From assembly GCF_964204645.1 (NCBI RefSeq), contig NC_134027.1, forward strand, positions 26,374,560-26,438,559: a stretch of 64,000 bases of DNA, read 5' to 3'. This document shows, piece by piece, positions 13,261 through 25,935 of the stretch. Under the pieces are notes generated by a model, which saw nothing but the letters and a program-made list of their open reading frames with translations, did no database searches and was not told where the DNA came from. This DNA is from Tubulanus polymorphus. Taxonomy: Eukaryota; Animalia; Nemertea. Each line of letters opens with the position of its first letter. Position 1 is the first letter of the stretch. Made by a program: the position numbers and the translations under genes.

Positions 13261-14723
13261 GCTGTAATCGATAGAGAGATTTACATTAACATGAAAATGT
13301 TGAATCAAGCTTCGCTGAATGTATTTGTTGCATCATTTTATCCAATTGTTAATCAACAAGATGAAATCCCGCCGTAGTTTTGCATTATTCATATTCTACA
13401 TTCATTCAATGTTACTTTTTGAATTAGATTTTACCTTAAAAGACGATGGAGAGATTGAGAGAGAGAGAGATTGAGAGAGAGAGGGAGTGAGGGTAATAAG
13501 AAAGAGTACTTCACTTCAAATACGGTAAAGGCGCAGTTTTCAACAAGTTATTACCAGAGCGCCGGAGTCGTGAGATTATCAGTGAAAAACCACTCGATAT
13601 TTTAGAGATTTCTCATTCATTAAACCGATTTCAATAGCTTTCAGATGTCGTAACATTCTCAACAATGCGCAAATCGATGGGGAAATGAGATCAGATACAA
13701 ATAAACAACGATCATTAGATGGAGGTATTCGCGCGGATAGTTCTGGAATGTTTCGCGATCTGAAACCTCCATTGAGTCATATGCATCAATTTTCATCGTA
13801 CTCGTCGACGAGAGGAAAAAAAAACTCCCGGGGAATTGACAACTTTGATGAAATGCGATCCAATAAACATGGCGAAATAGTGGTTTAATGGATATGATGA
13901 CTAAAAGACAAACTTTCAATCAATTTCACCTCGAGATGTAATGATGCTTATTCGCGCTGCAGTTTCGTAGCTTCATAGGTGCAATGAATATGATATTTCA
14001 GATTTGCAGCATTGGGCGGGGAAGTCATGTTGATGTTGAGAATTATTGTTAACAAAAAACATACATATATTCTATATACAAAACCCGGAGGCAAAATGCA
14101 TTATAGGCTACAAGCGTTATCATAACCTTGTTGCCTTTCTCTGAAAACACGAAATACGGTTCAGAATCGATTAATTATTCTAAAATATTAATTACATTCG
14201 AGTTGGAAATATTTTTCATCGTCCTAAATTTCTAATAAATGAATTCAATTTAATTTACTCATCTGAAAAACGTCAAGAAGATGTCGTCGTTTTTAAGACG
14301 AAACGTTGTTGATGTTGAGCGACTGCTCGATGCGGCGCTAGAGGCGACCGCGCACTGACTCATAGAAGCCAATTACTTTATAAACATCAGGCGCACATCA
14401 AAGGATTGGTGAAAAATGTCGTTGTTTCTCAGTCGCAAATATCAGCTTCAAGCGCAATTTAATCCATTAAAATCGAATGTAAAATGAATATTGAAATTGT
14501 GAAATGAACCGTCGACATTGCGCGTTGCTAAAGTGTGAATGAAACCTCGGGATTTCATACCAGTAATTCCTAAATCTAAAAACCTTCACCGAGATGACAC
14601 TTCATAATTTGAAATACGGATCCCATCAAGATAATTAAATGCGGAAAAACATTTTTCAACCACCGGAAAGCCAGTTCTTTTGAACTTTTAGTGAAGCCGG
14701 TGTTGATGTAGATCTAAAGACTG

Positions 14724-14834
14724 GGCCCGGATTTATAGACTGGTATTATCTAACCCCGGGGTTTGACTCATATTGAAAATGAATTGAGTTAGCCCCCACA
14801 GGTCAAAGATAATACCAGTCTATAAAACCGACCC
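14724..14834. mobile_element. Palindromic MITE (Harbinger-type)
   Basis: ggcccggatttatagactggtattatct ... agataataccagtctataaaaccgacc; inverted second copy at 44181-44286. Confidence 0.8.
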
Positions 14835-17800
14835 TTGGGTATCAAAGTTAACCCATGCGATAAATTCCGATCTTAGGTGATAACTACCAAAGTAAATAGT
14901 TAAAAATGACAATAAACTGAAAGATTCCGTAATGATCCTAGGGCTCTATGAAACCTTACGTAGTCAAGAAAGAAAAAACCCATGTTTCGTTGCCGGTAAG
15001 TTGGTAAGTTAAGTGGGATTGTAAGGGACACAACAAAAGCCTGGAAATCAAATCGATCAAAAACGGAATAATTCCTTAATTATTTCGACATTTAAAAAAG
15101 AAAGAATAGTAGAGGCTAAATGAAGCTACTGGCGTCGCCGATATCTCGTCATATAGAAATAGACCCCGCATTGAAGTTTCTATTCGATCCGAGCGACGTA
15201 TATGTATTATCAATTTCGTGAAGTCGTGACTCATTCGTCAAACTGGTTTGCATGCTTTCTATAACCACACTTCAATCATACCATATCCACTTACCTGAAT
15301 AACACAGAATTAAAAAACATTCACTTATTAATTTCATAAATCTTTAAAAAGCCGACTTCAATGATGACTCGAGGTTGTATTTCAAAGCGCCGGATTTACT
15401 GTCGTATTTTTTTCAGGATTTGCCGAGATTACATCGGGACCGCAGCGTCAACCGATGTATGTTATTACCATACAGTCATCTAGACACAACGTCGCAAATA
15501 GAATAAACGAGAAAAAATTTGACTAGGATATAAAATAAATGATGGGCGATGAGTTAAGATTAAATATGATACAGACCCGTAGCTGGTGGGAGAGGAGGGG
15601 AGGGGTCGAACGAACGAATTTTGTTCTGCTCGTTTTTTTCAATTTCACAAAATCATTAAGCTGAAACTTAAGGCTTTAAGATAAGCTTATAACTAACACA
15701 ACATCAAATATTGTTCATATCGTTCTATTGAAACCTTCATTACATCAACGGGAAATCGCTCAAAGGCCAAATCTGCTCAGAACATCAATTTTTCAAAATC
15801 ATTCCGGAGAATGCCCCCCCCCCCCCGACCCTTCACCCAGTTCTCGCAGAGGCTGTTTCCTGTATCCGTCGCTCTACACGATCCTAGTGTAACCAACTGT
15901 GGTACATCAGACACAAAGGTTCTTGGTGAACCCAGACCCCGTTCAGTTCCAACAAACGAACCATCCGCATTATATATTCAAGGAACACGCAGCTGAGTTT
16001 CGAGATGGTATCATTGATTACGGATAATATTACTGAAAGTATTACTAAGTGATAGGAATGTTATTGAATGAGCTCTGATACATATGAGGATTTTATGTAT
16101 CTATTTATTGGATTCTGTATTTCAGACAGCTGTTTACCAGAAGCTGCTGCCATCTCGTAGCAAATTGTGCAACTATTACGTTTGCGGTTATCATCAGTGA
16201 TAACGTCGAGTCGCGCTGCGCAACTCACTTGCTAACTAACGCCACGTGTCAATTTTGATTTGAATAGAAATTTGCGCTTACGACGTCGATGCAAATGAGA
16301 GAAAAAAATGTTTGTTTCAAACAAATTGAAACGCTGAAAAGATCAATCGGTTTTGTTCGGCGGACCGGAAACATTCGTGGAAAGTGGTCGTCGCTCCGTT
16401 GAACCTAGAAATAAGACGCCGAGTCAGTCATATCGTCGCTATTGTAATTAAGATGCAGATGTAAGCAGTGATAATTGAGATGAGATCATCCTCATCCCAG
16501 AGCAGCACGGAACGCGCCGAGTAACCCGAGCGAACAAAAACCTGATGAGGATGAATGTAAAAGAATTTTCCAAATTTCTGTAGCGCGTGCGCGCGGGAGC
16601 CTCGTGAAAGTAATCGAGTTATGCCTCTGACTCACACAATGCGCAAGTCAACAAATATTCGTCGCGGGCTCATGCGTCGAAATTTCGTCGGCAGAAAAAA
16701 AAATAACCGGCGAGCCCTGATTCGGTGGAGGTATTGTTATCGGTATCGAGGAGACGTAATTCCGTGCGAAGTTATCCGCCGATTCGTGCGTTATAATTCG
16801 CGTCGAGTGAGAGTTAACCGCAAGATCTACTGCAGCGCTGGTAAATTGAGGAGGTGCATTATAGCCTAGAGAAATTACATTGCCCAACTACCCAGTCCTT
16901 GTCATTTAACTGAAGCGTATCTTCGAATAGTTTTAACAGAAACTAGGAAAAGTTTCACATTCAGATAGGAAAACGAGTCTGCAAAGGTTCCCTATGCCAT
17001 ATTTTCGACATTTCTACTATATCCAAGTAGTCATTTTTCAGGAACACTGGAAGTTTCGGAGTTCGTTGAGCTTCAGACAGGAATACTATAATTCATTTAC
17101 TAAAGGAAACCTTTTCTGGTGTGGGATATCGTTACGACGCAGACTCAGAGCGTGTCTGACCGAGATAAGCTTTAACAAAAAATAGAAACGACTAAAATAA
17201 GCGCCAGATTCCACGACACGCATCGGCTGAACTTTAAAGAAGTCACGAACTCACTTTCCTACAAATTCGAAAGATTAAAAACTAAATGTATCAAGAATTG
17301 AGATTCGGACACGTTTCGGACTCTCCAAGAGACGCTCGTCAGGTACGCGCCGATACATAACAGAGGGAAGCGTTAATCGAGTATATTTCTAAGCGAGTTT
17401 CAAAGAAGTCGATTTTGATGTTTGCTTACAGAGTTTACGTTCACCGTGATTCTAACAATTTGAATATTACGCGTCGGGGCTGATCGAATTGTGTATGACG
17501 CATGGTCAAGCTCTTTTTACCGAAGCACGTGACCGTCGCGATCGTGTGTGCGTGCCAGGATTTCTTCTTTTTTTCTTGCTTCGAAAAAAAATCCGTTCCG
17601 CCGCTGGACAAATGACGAAAATTGAACCGATGGTAGAATCATTGCGCTGAGTAGATCAGGCCTATCGACTAACAAGCGCTCTATGAATCAGATAAATTTA
17701 TGCAAATTCACATTGTCTACACGGAGTTGCCTGTAATAACAGTCGTTCGTGCTGAGGCTATTGTTTTTACCGACTCGCAATCGACGCCAGAATCATTGAA

Positions 17801-18589
17801 CAATTTGTGCAACCACCCAGTCCTCAATTATCCGGCGTTACCGTTTTGTAACGGAAAACCAATTTACCCTTCGATATCGATGACCAGGTAAAACCTCAAC
17901 TAGGAATTAGCTGAGTCTTTTTAATCACCCACTTAACATCTCTCGTCTTGAAGCCCGTGTATTAGAATATTGCATGATAACAAATTATCCAGAATGTTTA
18001 GATTTAAATTATTTAGGTGACGATTGAGGTACCTTTCGGTGATGACTCAATATCAAATACCAGACGTCAGTTTGAGGCCAGTTGCTCGAAAATTAGTTGA
18101 GCAAATGACCCCAGTTTGACACAGAGACGACGGCATGAGAATTGGCTAAATAGCCGCTTTCGGTTTTTTTCCTAGAAGACATGGGGACGCAGCGAACTGA
18201 AGTATCAGCCCTTCTAACAGGGGCGAACCTGGCATATATCCATTCAGTTAACTTAAACCAACTTTTGAGTAGATTAAGGTAAAGAAGTGAAATAGCGAAG
18301 AGCACAGAAATAGTCGATGTTGTAAACACACGGATGTGATTCGGAAAGATGATATATTTCCCCGTGATGACAATATGATCGAAGAGAGCTAAATAACTAA
18401 TCATCCGATATTCCACATTCGACACAAGATTGATGTCGTCGCTGATAAATTATGCAATGTTAACAAATTGCTAGTTAAGTGACGCTAATTATTTCTTTGC
18501 TTACTCATTACTGTCCACACAGACACGCTGTACTGGTCATCAATCAGGCCAAATAAACCGACAACTACGTTTTACTTCAATATACAAAG

Positions 18590-18694
18590 AATCCTACATA
18601 AATATAACGCGAGAAAGATGAAGTCTGGAAAGTTTCTTTTGAGCTAATAATCTATTGTTTCGACTATAACCTATAATAGTCATCTCCAGGAATG
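18590..18694 (-). ncRNA. Hammerhead-motif repeat copy (CUGGAGA variant) plus conserved 3' tail
   Basis: Minus strand attc-ctggaga-tgact...agtc-gaaac followed by the family tail. Confidence 0.55.
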
Positions 18695-18880
18695 CGTTTT
18701 ACTCCACTGTGACGCGGTAGGCCAATCTAAGGTTTGACATTCTATACTGTGGGACGAGTTTACTTTAAAAAAAAGGAAACATTAGAAATAGGCCCAAAGA
18801 CACCGGAACTGGAAATACGAAATACGGCAATAAGAAAAGAAAACTGTGTCCGAAATGTTTTCTAGTTTTTTGTGTTCGGC

Positions 18881-19010
18881 ATTACTGGAGATCAATATCA
18901 GGATAAAGTCGAAACGTTGAATAAACTACTGGCTCAAGGAATACAGTATTCCTGAAGATGACTATAAGGATAAACTCGAAACGTTGAATAAACCAGTAGT
19001 TCAAGGAAAC
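18881..19010 (+). ncRNA. Tandem dimer of minimal type I hammerhead ribozyme motifs (67-nt period), Penelope/retrozyme-like
   Basis: tattc-CTGAAGA-tgact ataaggataa actc-GAAA-cg-tt-gaata at 18947-18990; degenerate copy with GAAA at 18911. Confidence 0.7.
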
Positions 19011-22000
19011 AGTTCTTTCTTAGTTTTAATCTGTTTCATCAATGGTTAAAAGTGGAACTGGATCCTGTAGCTAATTATCTGTATAATCCAATATTGATTT
19101 CTACAAAGAGCTAATCAAAGTTTCAACTCGTTAAAGATTAAAGAACATCAAATAACAAACACGGCAACTATAAACACGGTATTAATTCGTTCGTCTTTGT
19201 TTTGCCTCGTGGCCAACATTAGGTCATCGTAATATCCATCCTCTTCTTATCATCGTAATTGCATTCTGATGAACATTTCGAATAATATCTGACAATTATC
19301 TTCGCCCTGCCTCGATTATCCCTCAATGATTCACTCAACTCACTCACTCACTCACCGCAAATCTTCAGTGTTTGCGTCGTATTAAAATTCGAAATCTCGT
19401 CCAATTACCTCAGAATGACGAGAGTCTCGCGTTTGTAAATACTCGTCGATATGTGGCTGGAAGCCTCGTGGAATCCGTCCGATCAGTGGTCCGTATTTAC
19501 ATTCATAATTACATCATCATGTATTTAATCTTTTAAAGAGACCACGTTCATGTTCGCAGCCATTTTCAAGTATGGGTTTTTTCATCTCAGCCGACTCGGA
19601 GTTAGTTAAACAGCCCGACATTGCTGTATGACCATCTCTAACTTTATTCGATGTAATAGAATTTATTCATGGTTTGACGGTCACAATGCATCACTTACTT
19701 TCAATTGTCTTTGTCTTTCAACTCTTCTTTAGTTTTACTCATTGTATGACCCTCATGAAAAAAGTTCACTCAATCTTTCTTATCATTTTATTTTGTGAAT
19801 AATTTTCATCACAGGATTAAGCGCTTATCATGCATCTTTATATCACGTTTTCTTATGAAATGAATCGGAATTGAATCGAATCGACGATGGCATCCCCTCG
19901 CTTGCCGGAGTTCGTTTCTCCGCGGGGTCAGGTCGCCGCCGGTGCCCGCTACTGTATTTAATATTCATGGCCGCAGTTTTTACCTCGGGCTAAAAATTAA
20001 TGTTGAATAATTCCGGTTGTAATCGTGATTAAGATTGACATCGAAACAATAGAAATATGACGAGATTTGTTTATAAAGGTGCCGGGACAGATTGCGTGTT
20101 CGTATTGCTGGCGGGTCTGCGGTCCCGTACAAACTGCTCGCATAAATCTATATGCTAATATCGTGTCCCCGAGACGGGAAACCACGGACGCGGATGGCTG
20201 CGGGTTATATCATTACCTTTTTTTTATAAAAATTACGGAGCAGACTTTTGAAAACGCGACAGTAGTAACGTCGCGCAGTAAACGCGAAATTCTAGAATCG
20301 AGTTCCACGGTTTCGATTTCGGAATTAAAACCTCGATCAGTCGTTTGCCGGTTCAGGCTGGTTGAAAGATTGTTTACATGAATTAGAACTGAAATTTTGG
20401 AACAATCATATACTTCGATTTCAACAGAAAATGCTGCAAATTCGACCGATCATCAAACTTTATCCGTACTTCGATTTCCGATTTCAAAATCAAACCCCCG
20501 TTTCGCTCCCAGCAGGTGTCGCTGGTGTAGTCGGGTTTGTAAATGACAAACCAATAAGCCTAAAATCAAGTCAAGTGATACGAACAATCATCACATTGTC
20601 CATGATCAAAATGAGTTAGAATACCAGGAATGAACTGAGTCGAACCAGGAACTGAGAACTGTGGGCCCTAATGGCTGTATCAATCTGATACTGTCGTCAA
20701 ACTAGTCGACGATTTGTTTATGACGAAACTCCTCGAACTCTTTTGTTCGTGGCTATCGATTTCTGGAAGCCATGTTGATGGCGGTGCGAGACAGACTCGT
20801 CGATCGTAAATTCTCAATCCTTCGCTGAAGAGATTTAAAAGCTCCGCAGTGATAATAGTACCTGTAATCTCCTAGAAACCGACAGAGAGATTGCCGTATA
20901 TTGCCCCCGAAAACTACTCACAAAAACCGATAGAAATCAGCCATGGAGCTTGAGAACCATTACTGCGTCGATTCTGAGCTGTAGATGCAGCATCGCGTGT
21001 GGAAAGCGACCCTCAACTTATCTACAAGCCCCACAACTAAAGGACCACAAATCAGTAATTCTTTAGAATATTCATGGCTGGGACATTTCAATGCCATTTA
21101 CGAGAATCAGGTCGATTTGGTTACTGGATCAATACTGTTTTTGTAATCCTAATGCCACGTAACAAGACTTTCCTAAGAAAAAAGAAAGATGGACGGACAC
21201 TTCAATGCGTTTAAACAGTAATCGCTGTAGCATTGTTTTTATAAAACCTTTTTGTCAATGTAGGTCGAATCCCAGCCAAACCGTGATAATCCTATCTGTA
21301 AAACTAGCTACGACGCTTATTCCGCAGGCTATGCCGCAGTTATACCACCAGCTTCTAGCTTATGTCAATTACGGTCAAACTTGCGCCTCGCGACAACAAA
21401 AAGTCTTACTGTAGTTCCTCGTAATACAATTTACTGTTACATTTCAGTTTTTTTGCTCGTTATGCATGAGATCTGTACGACGACCAGGGGGCATCATTTC
21501 ATCAGCTTTTGTAATCTAAAACGCGAGTTATACGAAGATGATGCGCGTAAGCTTCAAATAAATTGCGAAAAAAATTTCTTTAAGATGGACGGAAAAATGT
21601 CTATCTTCCAAATATGTAATGGTATGAGTCAACTAAACTAACACTAAACCGCGGACGATGGATTGCAGAACGGCGTGAGCGAGAGCGACATCAAAGGCTA
21701 TACTCATGTAAGACAATACCCAATTAAATACTGAAAGAGAACTGATCACACATAGTTCAGTGAAGCGATCGGATCCATTACATCTTCTTCCGTTCGACGT
21801 GAATAATCTGTGAATTCGTTAGAGAGAGAAAATCTGATTTTTACAGACGCAATATGATCGTTTAGAGAGAATGCGGATGAAATAGATCGTCTGTGATGTA
21901 AGGCTGAAATCCGCACCACTGTTCTCCGCTGACAATATTACATTCTTTGATGACATTTTCAAATCCCCAACGACTGAGTTCAGGATATACTTCATATTTC

Positions 22001-22950
22001 ACATCCATTTCCTTTTTCTCAGTCGTAATCACCGCAAGAAATCGTGCAGTCTTTAATTTCTATTTCACAAAAGATCCATTGTCAATTTCTAAGAGATTTT
22101 TTTTCTCTAACTCTGCGTCATATCTCGTGGCGTGGTCAGAGCTCTTGCGTCTACGAGCGCAGTCAAAAGAACCGCCAGAAAACATGTGTAATTGCAAAGG
22201 ACAACGGCGTTAACTGCACGTTAAGGGGTTTTATGTCTCGGGGAAATAGAGAATTGATCGTATAATGACCAGTGTGTGACGGGATAAGATCTGAAGGGAT
22301 GCAGTGAAGAAGAGACAATCAAACCGGTGAGATAAACCTCACCGTCAATCAGTTAAAAAATCGTGACGTCCCGCAATACGACACCGGATCAAGTAGCTTA
22401 CAGATCTCAACAACGAGTTCGGTCAGTAACGTAAGTCAGACAATAACGCTGAGGATAAAGTGAGTTGATGACGACTTAATATAGATCTAGCACACATAAA
22501 CTAGACTCAAACTCTAGTTCATACACTTTTTGTTCTTATAGCATCACTACCTTCTTGAATCATAGCTCGACCACTATACCACCAGCTCATTGCGGCTTCG
22601 GAGATATTCGAGAGAAGCGAGCTGGCGCTATAAGACGAGCTACGTTTGTCAGGTCTCCGGTAGAAATGGCATCCATGTACATGAAAATTAAAACGGCCGA
22701 CTCATCATCCTATTGTCCACTGGCGAATGAATATGAAATCGACGAAGTCGGCAAAATGCAAGATAATCCAGTGCAAAACCATTTCTATACACAATAGATG
22801 TAATTATTCATCCGTCAACATAGAAACACACACAATAGTCAGATAGCGAAAAGTACTTTCATTAACTAGGGTTTATCTAGGAATCTTTGTAACATGCAGT
22901 TGGAGGACCCTATCTTATCCCCAGACTTAGTTGCGTTTCTTAACAGAAAA

Positions 22951-23085
22951 CAGTTCCACAGTGTCAGTCAGAAGATGCATACATAAACTAACTCTTATGG
23001 TTAGATCAATCTACGACTTAAAATCAGTTTATCTACAATGAATTCAGTCGTATATCAACTGACAACACTGTGGAATCGTGGAACT
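22951..23085. mobile_element. MITE with ttccacagtg / cactgtggaa termini
   Basis: Inverted termini related to the ccagttccacag family. Confidence 0.55.
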
Positions 23086-23541
23086 ACGTCTCGGTTTTTA
23101 GTGCCTGAATCTCTGAACAATATTTGACAACATCTAAAAACATTCACTGTCAAATTGAACCCTCCCTCGATTCACGTGCGGCCGTTTAAAACCTCATCAA
23201 GGTCCCATCAGTGTTTACAACACTCATAAGACCAGTCACTTATACGCTAGATGAACATTAGGTCGTAATCAGCATCGGTAGAGCTGTCGCCCGGTGATCA
23301 TCATACAATGATTAATGGATTCACTCGCGCTATGCGCATGTAACAATCTGAATGATGCCATCACGCAGTAACCACCCGAGCCATCATCAACTACTCTGGT
23401 TTTATCCTGTATTTAACCTCGTGGCGATAAAAAAAACCGCGTTAAATCATTTAAATCTGTCATCGTTAAAACAACGATTACTTCATCATACGGCAGTATA
23501 ATCGTGAGATTCGAAATATGAAAGTCGATGATGATTCCTAC

Positions 23542-23610
23542 CTGTGCGTTTTCGGTCTGATAGATTCCTGCTTCATCGGCTGATCCTCGGATCTGCACCA
23601 TTTTCCCCAT
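23542..23610 (-). CDS. Candidate alternative first coding exon (MGKMVQIRGSADEAGIYQTENAQ) of the PDZRN3/4-like gene
   Basis: gaaATGG start, 23 codons ending in a phase-0 CAG|gtagga donor, GC-rich UTR-like upstream region, same strand as the PDZ exon. Confidence 0.45.
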
Positions 23611-24859
23611 TTCGATTTGAGTTTGAAGATATCAAACTATAGTTTGTCCGGTTTGGTTTCGTGTCGCGTGGTCTGTGTGTGTGTCAGTCTGTGTGCGTGT
23701 GCCGGGTATCCTGCTATCGTTCTGGGAAACTCACTGTCTCTCCTCACATCAACGACAACTGCAGACGCGACGGCAGCGTCTCGCGACGACCCGTCAATCA
23801 CACGCAGTTCAGATACCTGCCCCTTCTGATCAATCCACTAGTAAGGCTGCTGGATTGACCTCTGCAAGACGAACGCTTGTCACAGCACGCTCAAAACATC
23901 GTCTCGCTTCTTAAATTCGAGATAACTAACTTCGCCCCTAGCGTCGGCGACCATCGTGGTGTTTGGTCGGTGTTCAAGTGAAAAGCTTGCTGCATTCGTG
24001 TCATCTCAATTCGGCGCCTGCCTTTTGGAAAACTGGAACCTCATTTAACTGCGGGCGCTGCAATTTACTTGGTCAACTAATTAAAAGATTTTCAGCAGTC
24101 ATCTTGCAGCAGGAATGGATTGATGAAATCATTGACACAAGATTTAGAATCCATCATCGATAAAACGATCAATTTCACAAATTCGTGTCGATTTACAGCT
24201 CAGCGACAGAGAGCTGTACTCGTTTTTCAGTCGAAGGAAATCCGACAAACCGTCATTAATTTCTTAAGGAATAATTCATTATTTTGAATTTACACCAGTT
24301 TCTCAATCAGGTCCGAGGGGAGCCCCCTTTTACAACATTCCAGATTATTTCGCCGACGAAAACTTTAATACCGACAGATTTTGCGCATAGAAACGAACAT
24401 AACAATGCATTAATCTACATTGTAAATGCAATTGGCAGGATTTGTCACTGGAGTATTGCAGTGAGGTCTGCTTCACTCCGCGGGTCGACGGAACCGAATT
24501 CCCCAGGGAGACCGCCGTAAAAAACACAATATCGTAACTCGACTTGAATGCCGCCTAGTGAAGTATCAAATGCTTGAAATTCAAATCACATTTCACGGCA
24601 ACCCAATTAAACCAAAACCAATGATGCAATATTGAATTTCGCAACCTCAATCGATGTCAATCTGTCAGTATATGAAAATCTACACCAAACTAATTATCTA
24701 CTTTCTAAATCTGCAGCACCGCAAACCCATTGTTTAGCGGGAGGAAGATAGTTTCGAACCCGAAGCCATGTGACAATTCAGTTTTCGTATGTTTTCAGGC
24801 AAACGACAGTCACCCATTAAGATGAGTTTGAAACCGTGTAAAAGCTTAGGGTCAATGGT

Positions 24860-25240
24860 AAAGTCATTGGTTTAAGACCAGCTCATTTTGGTTCTATAGC
24901 CAATCTAACAAGAGTCTAAGACCATACGTAGTTCTATAATAGCCAATCTAACAGCTCCAGATCAGTCACATACCATCTTAGTTCCATAACGAATCTAACA
25001 ACCAATGACCAGTCTAAGACCAATTTAGTTTCCTAACGGATTTTTTGAATCCCCTGACAAACGTATGTTATAACGTTATACCTGTTGTCTTTGTATTATA
25101 AATTATCATAGGTTTGTCAAATAAATGAAAATGAAATGAAATGAAATTTGGAAGACCATCTTAGTTTTATAGCCAATCTAACAACTTAAGACCAACATAA
25201 GACCATCTTAGTTTTGCAGACAATCTAAAGATTTAAGACT
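24860..25240. mobile_element. MITE with internal ~47-bp repeats, interrupted by a LINE-like 3' end (~25040-25148)
   Basis: Repeated agaccatcttagttctatagccaatctaacaac units; the insert ends aaataaatgaaa(atgaa)n. Confidence 0.65.
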
Positions 25241-25724
25241 AAGGTTTGTGTTTGGTTGGAAGCAGAGGTCACGCATTACAATAGAATAGCCTACTGGTTA
25301 TCTCACATGAATCCATACACATTCCGCATGCGCGTAATTTCGAATTCATTTCGGAAGCTGTAGAAACATTTTCATCGGTTCGGTGTCTTCTTCCTGGAGA
25401 CAAGAAACAATGGATTCTTAGGTGAAATACAATCCGCGTTAGATAAGATGAACTGTTATCTATCTTCATCATCGTTATCAGACTGTTCTCCATCACCGGC
25501 TCTGCTGCCGCCACGGTGCAGTTATTGGAAAATATGATAACTTCCGAATTCAGTCGACGTCACGTTTCCGAGGATTAACTTATGGTGGTGACGACTTCCG
25601 ACTTTCTGAGATTTTTCAACCACGAAAAATCTGAAACAACAAATATTTAGCGCGAAGAAATTTTCGTTTTCTCAGTTCAAATTTAATTCGGGCAAAGCGT
25701 TCGCACTAGTGGCGGTTTTACAGT

Positions 25725-25935
25725 GGGCTGTTCCATTTTAGAACGGACCATAGACCGATCCAGGTCCGTTCTAAAGTCTAAACCAGACCACATTTCTATG
25801 CGCGAATAGAAACTGTGTTGCAACTAGCCGGACCAGCGATGACAGCTGATTTAAAAACGTGTGTATAAACGTCTGGTTTGGTCCGTTTTAGATTCGTCCG
25901 CTCCAGGTACGGGCCAAACCAGAACGGACTAAACA
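25725..25935. mobile_element. Putative MITE with internal agaacggacc/ggtccgttct inverted repeats
   Basis: Multiple inverted copies of the 10-12 bp motif. Confidence 0.45.
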
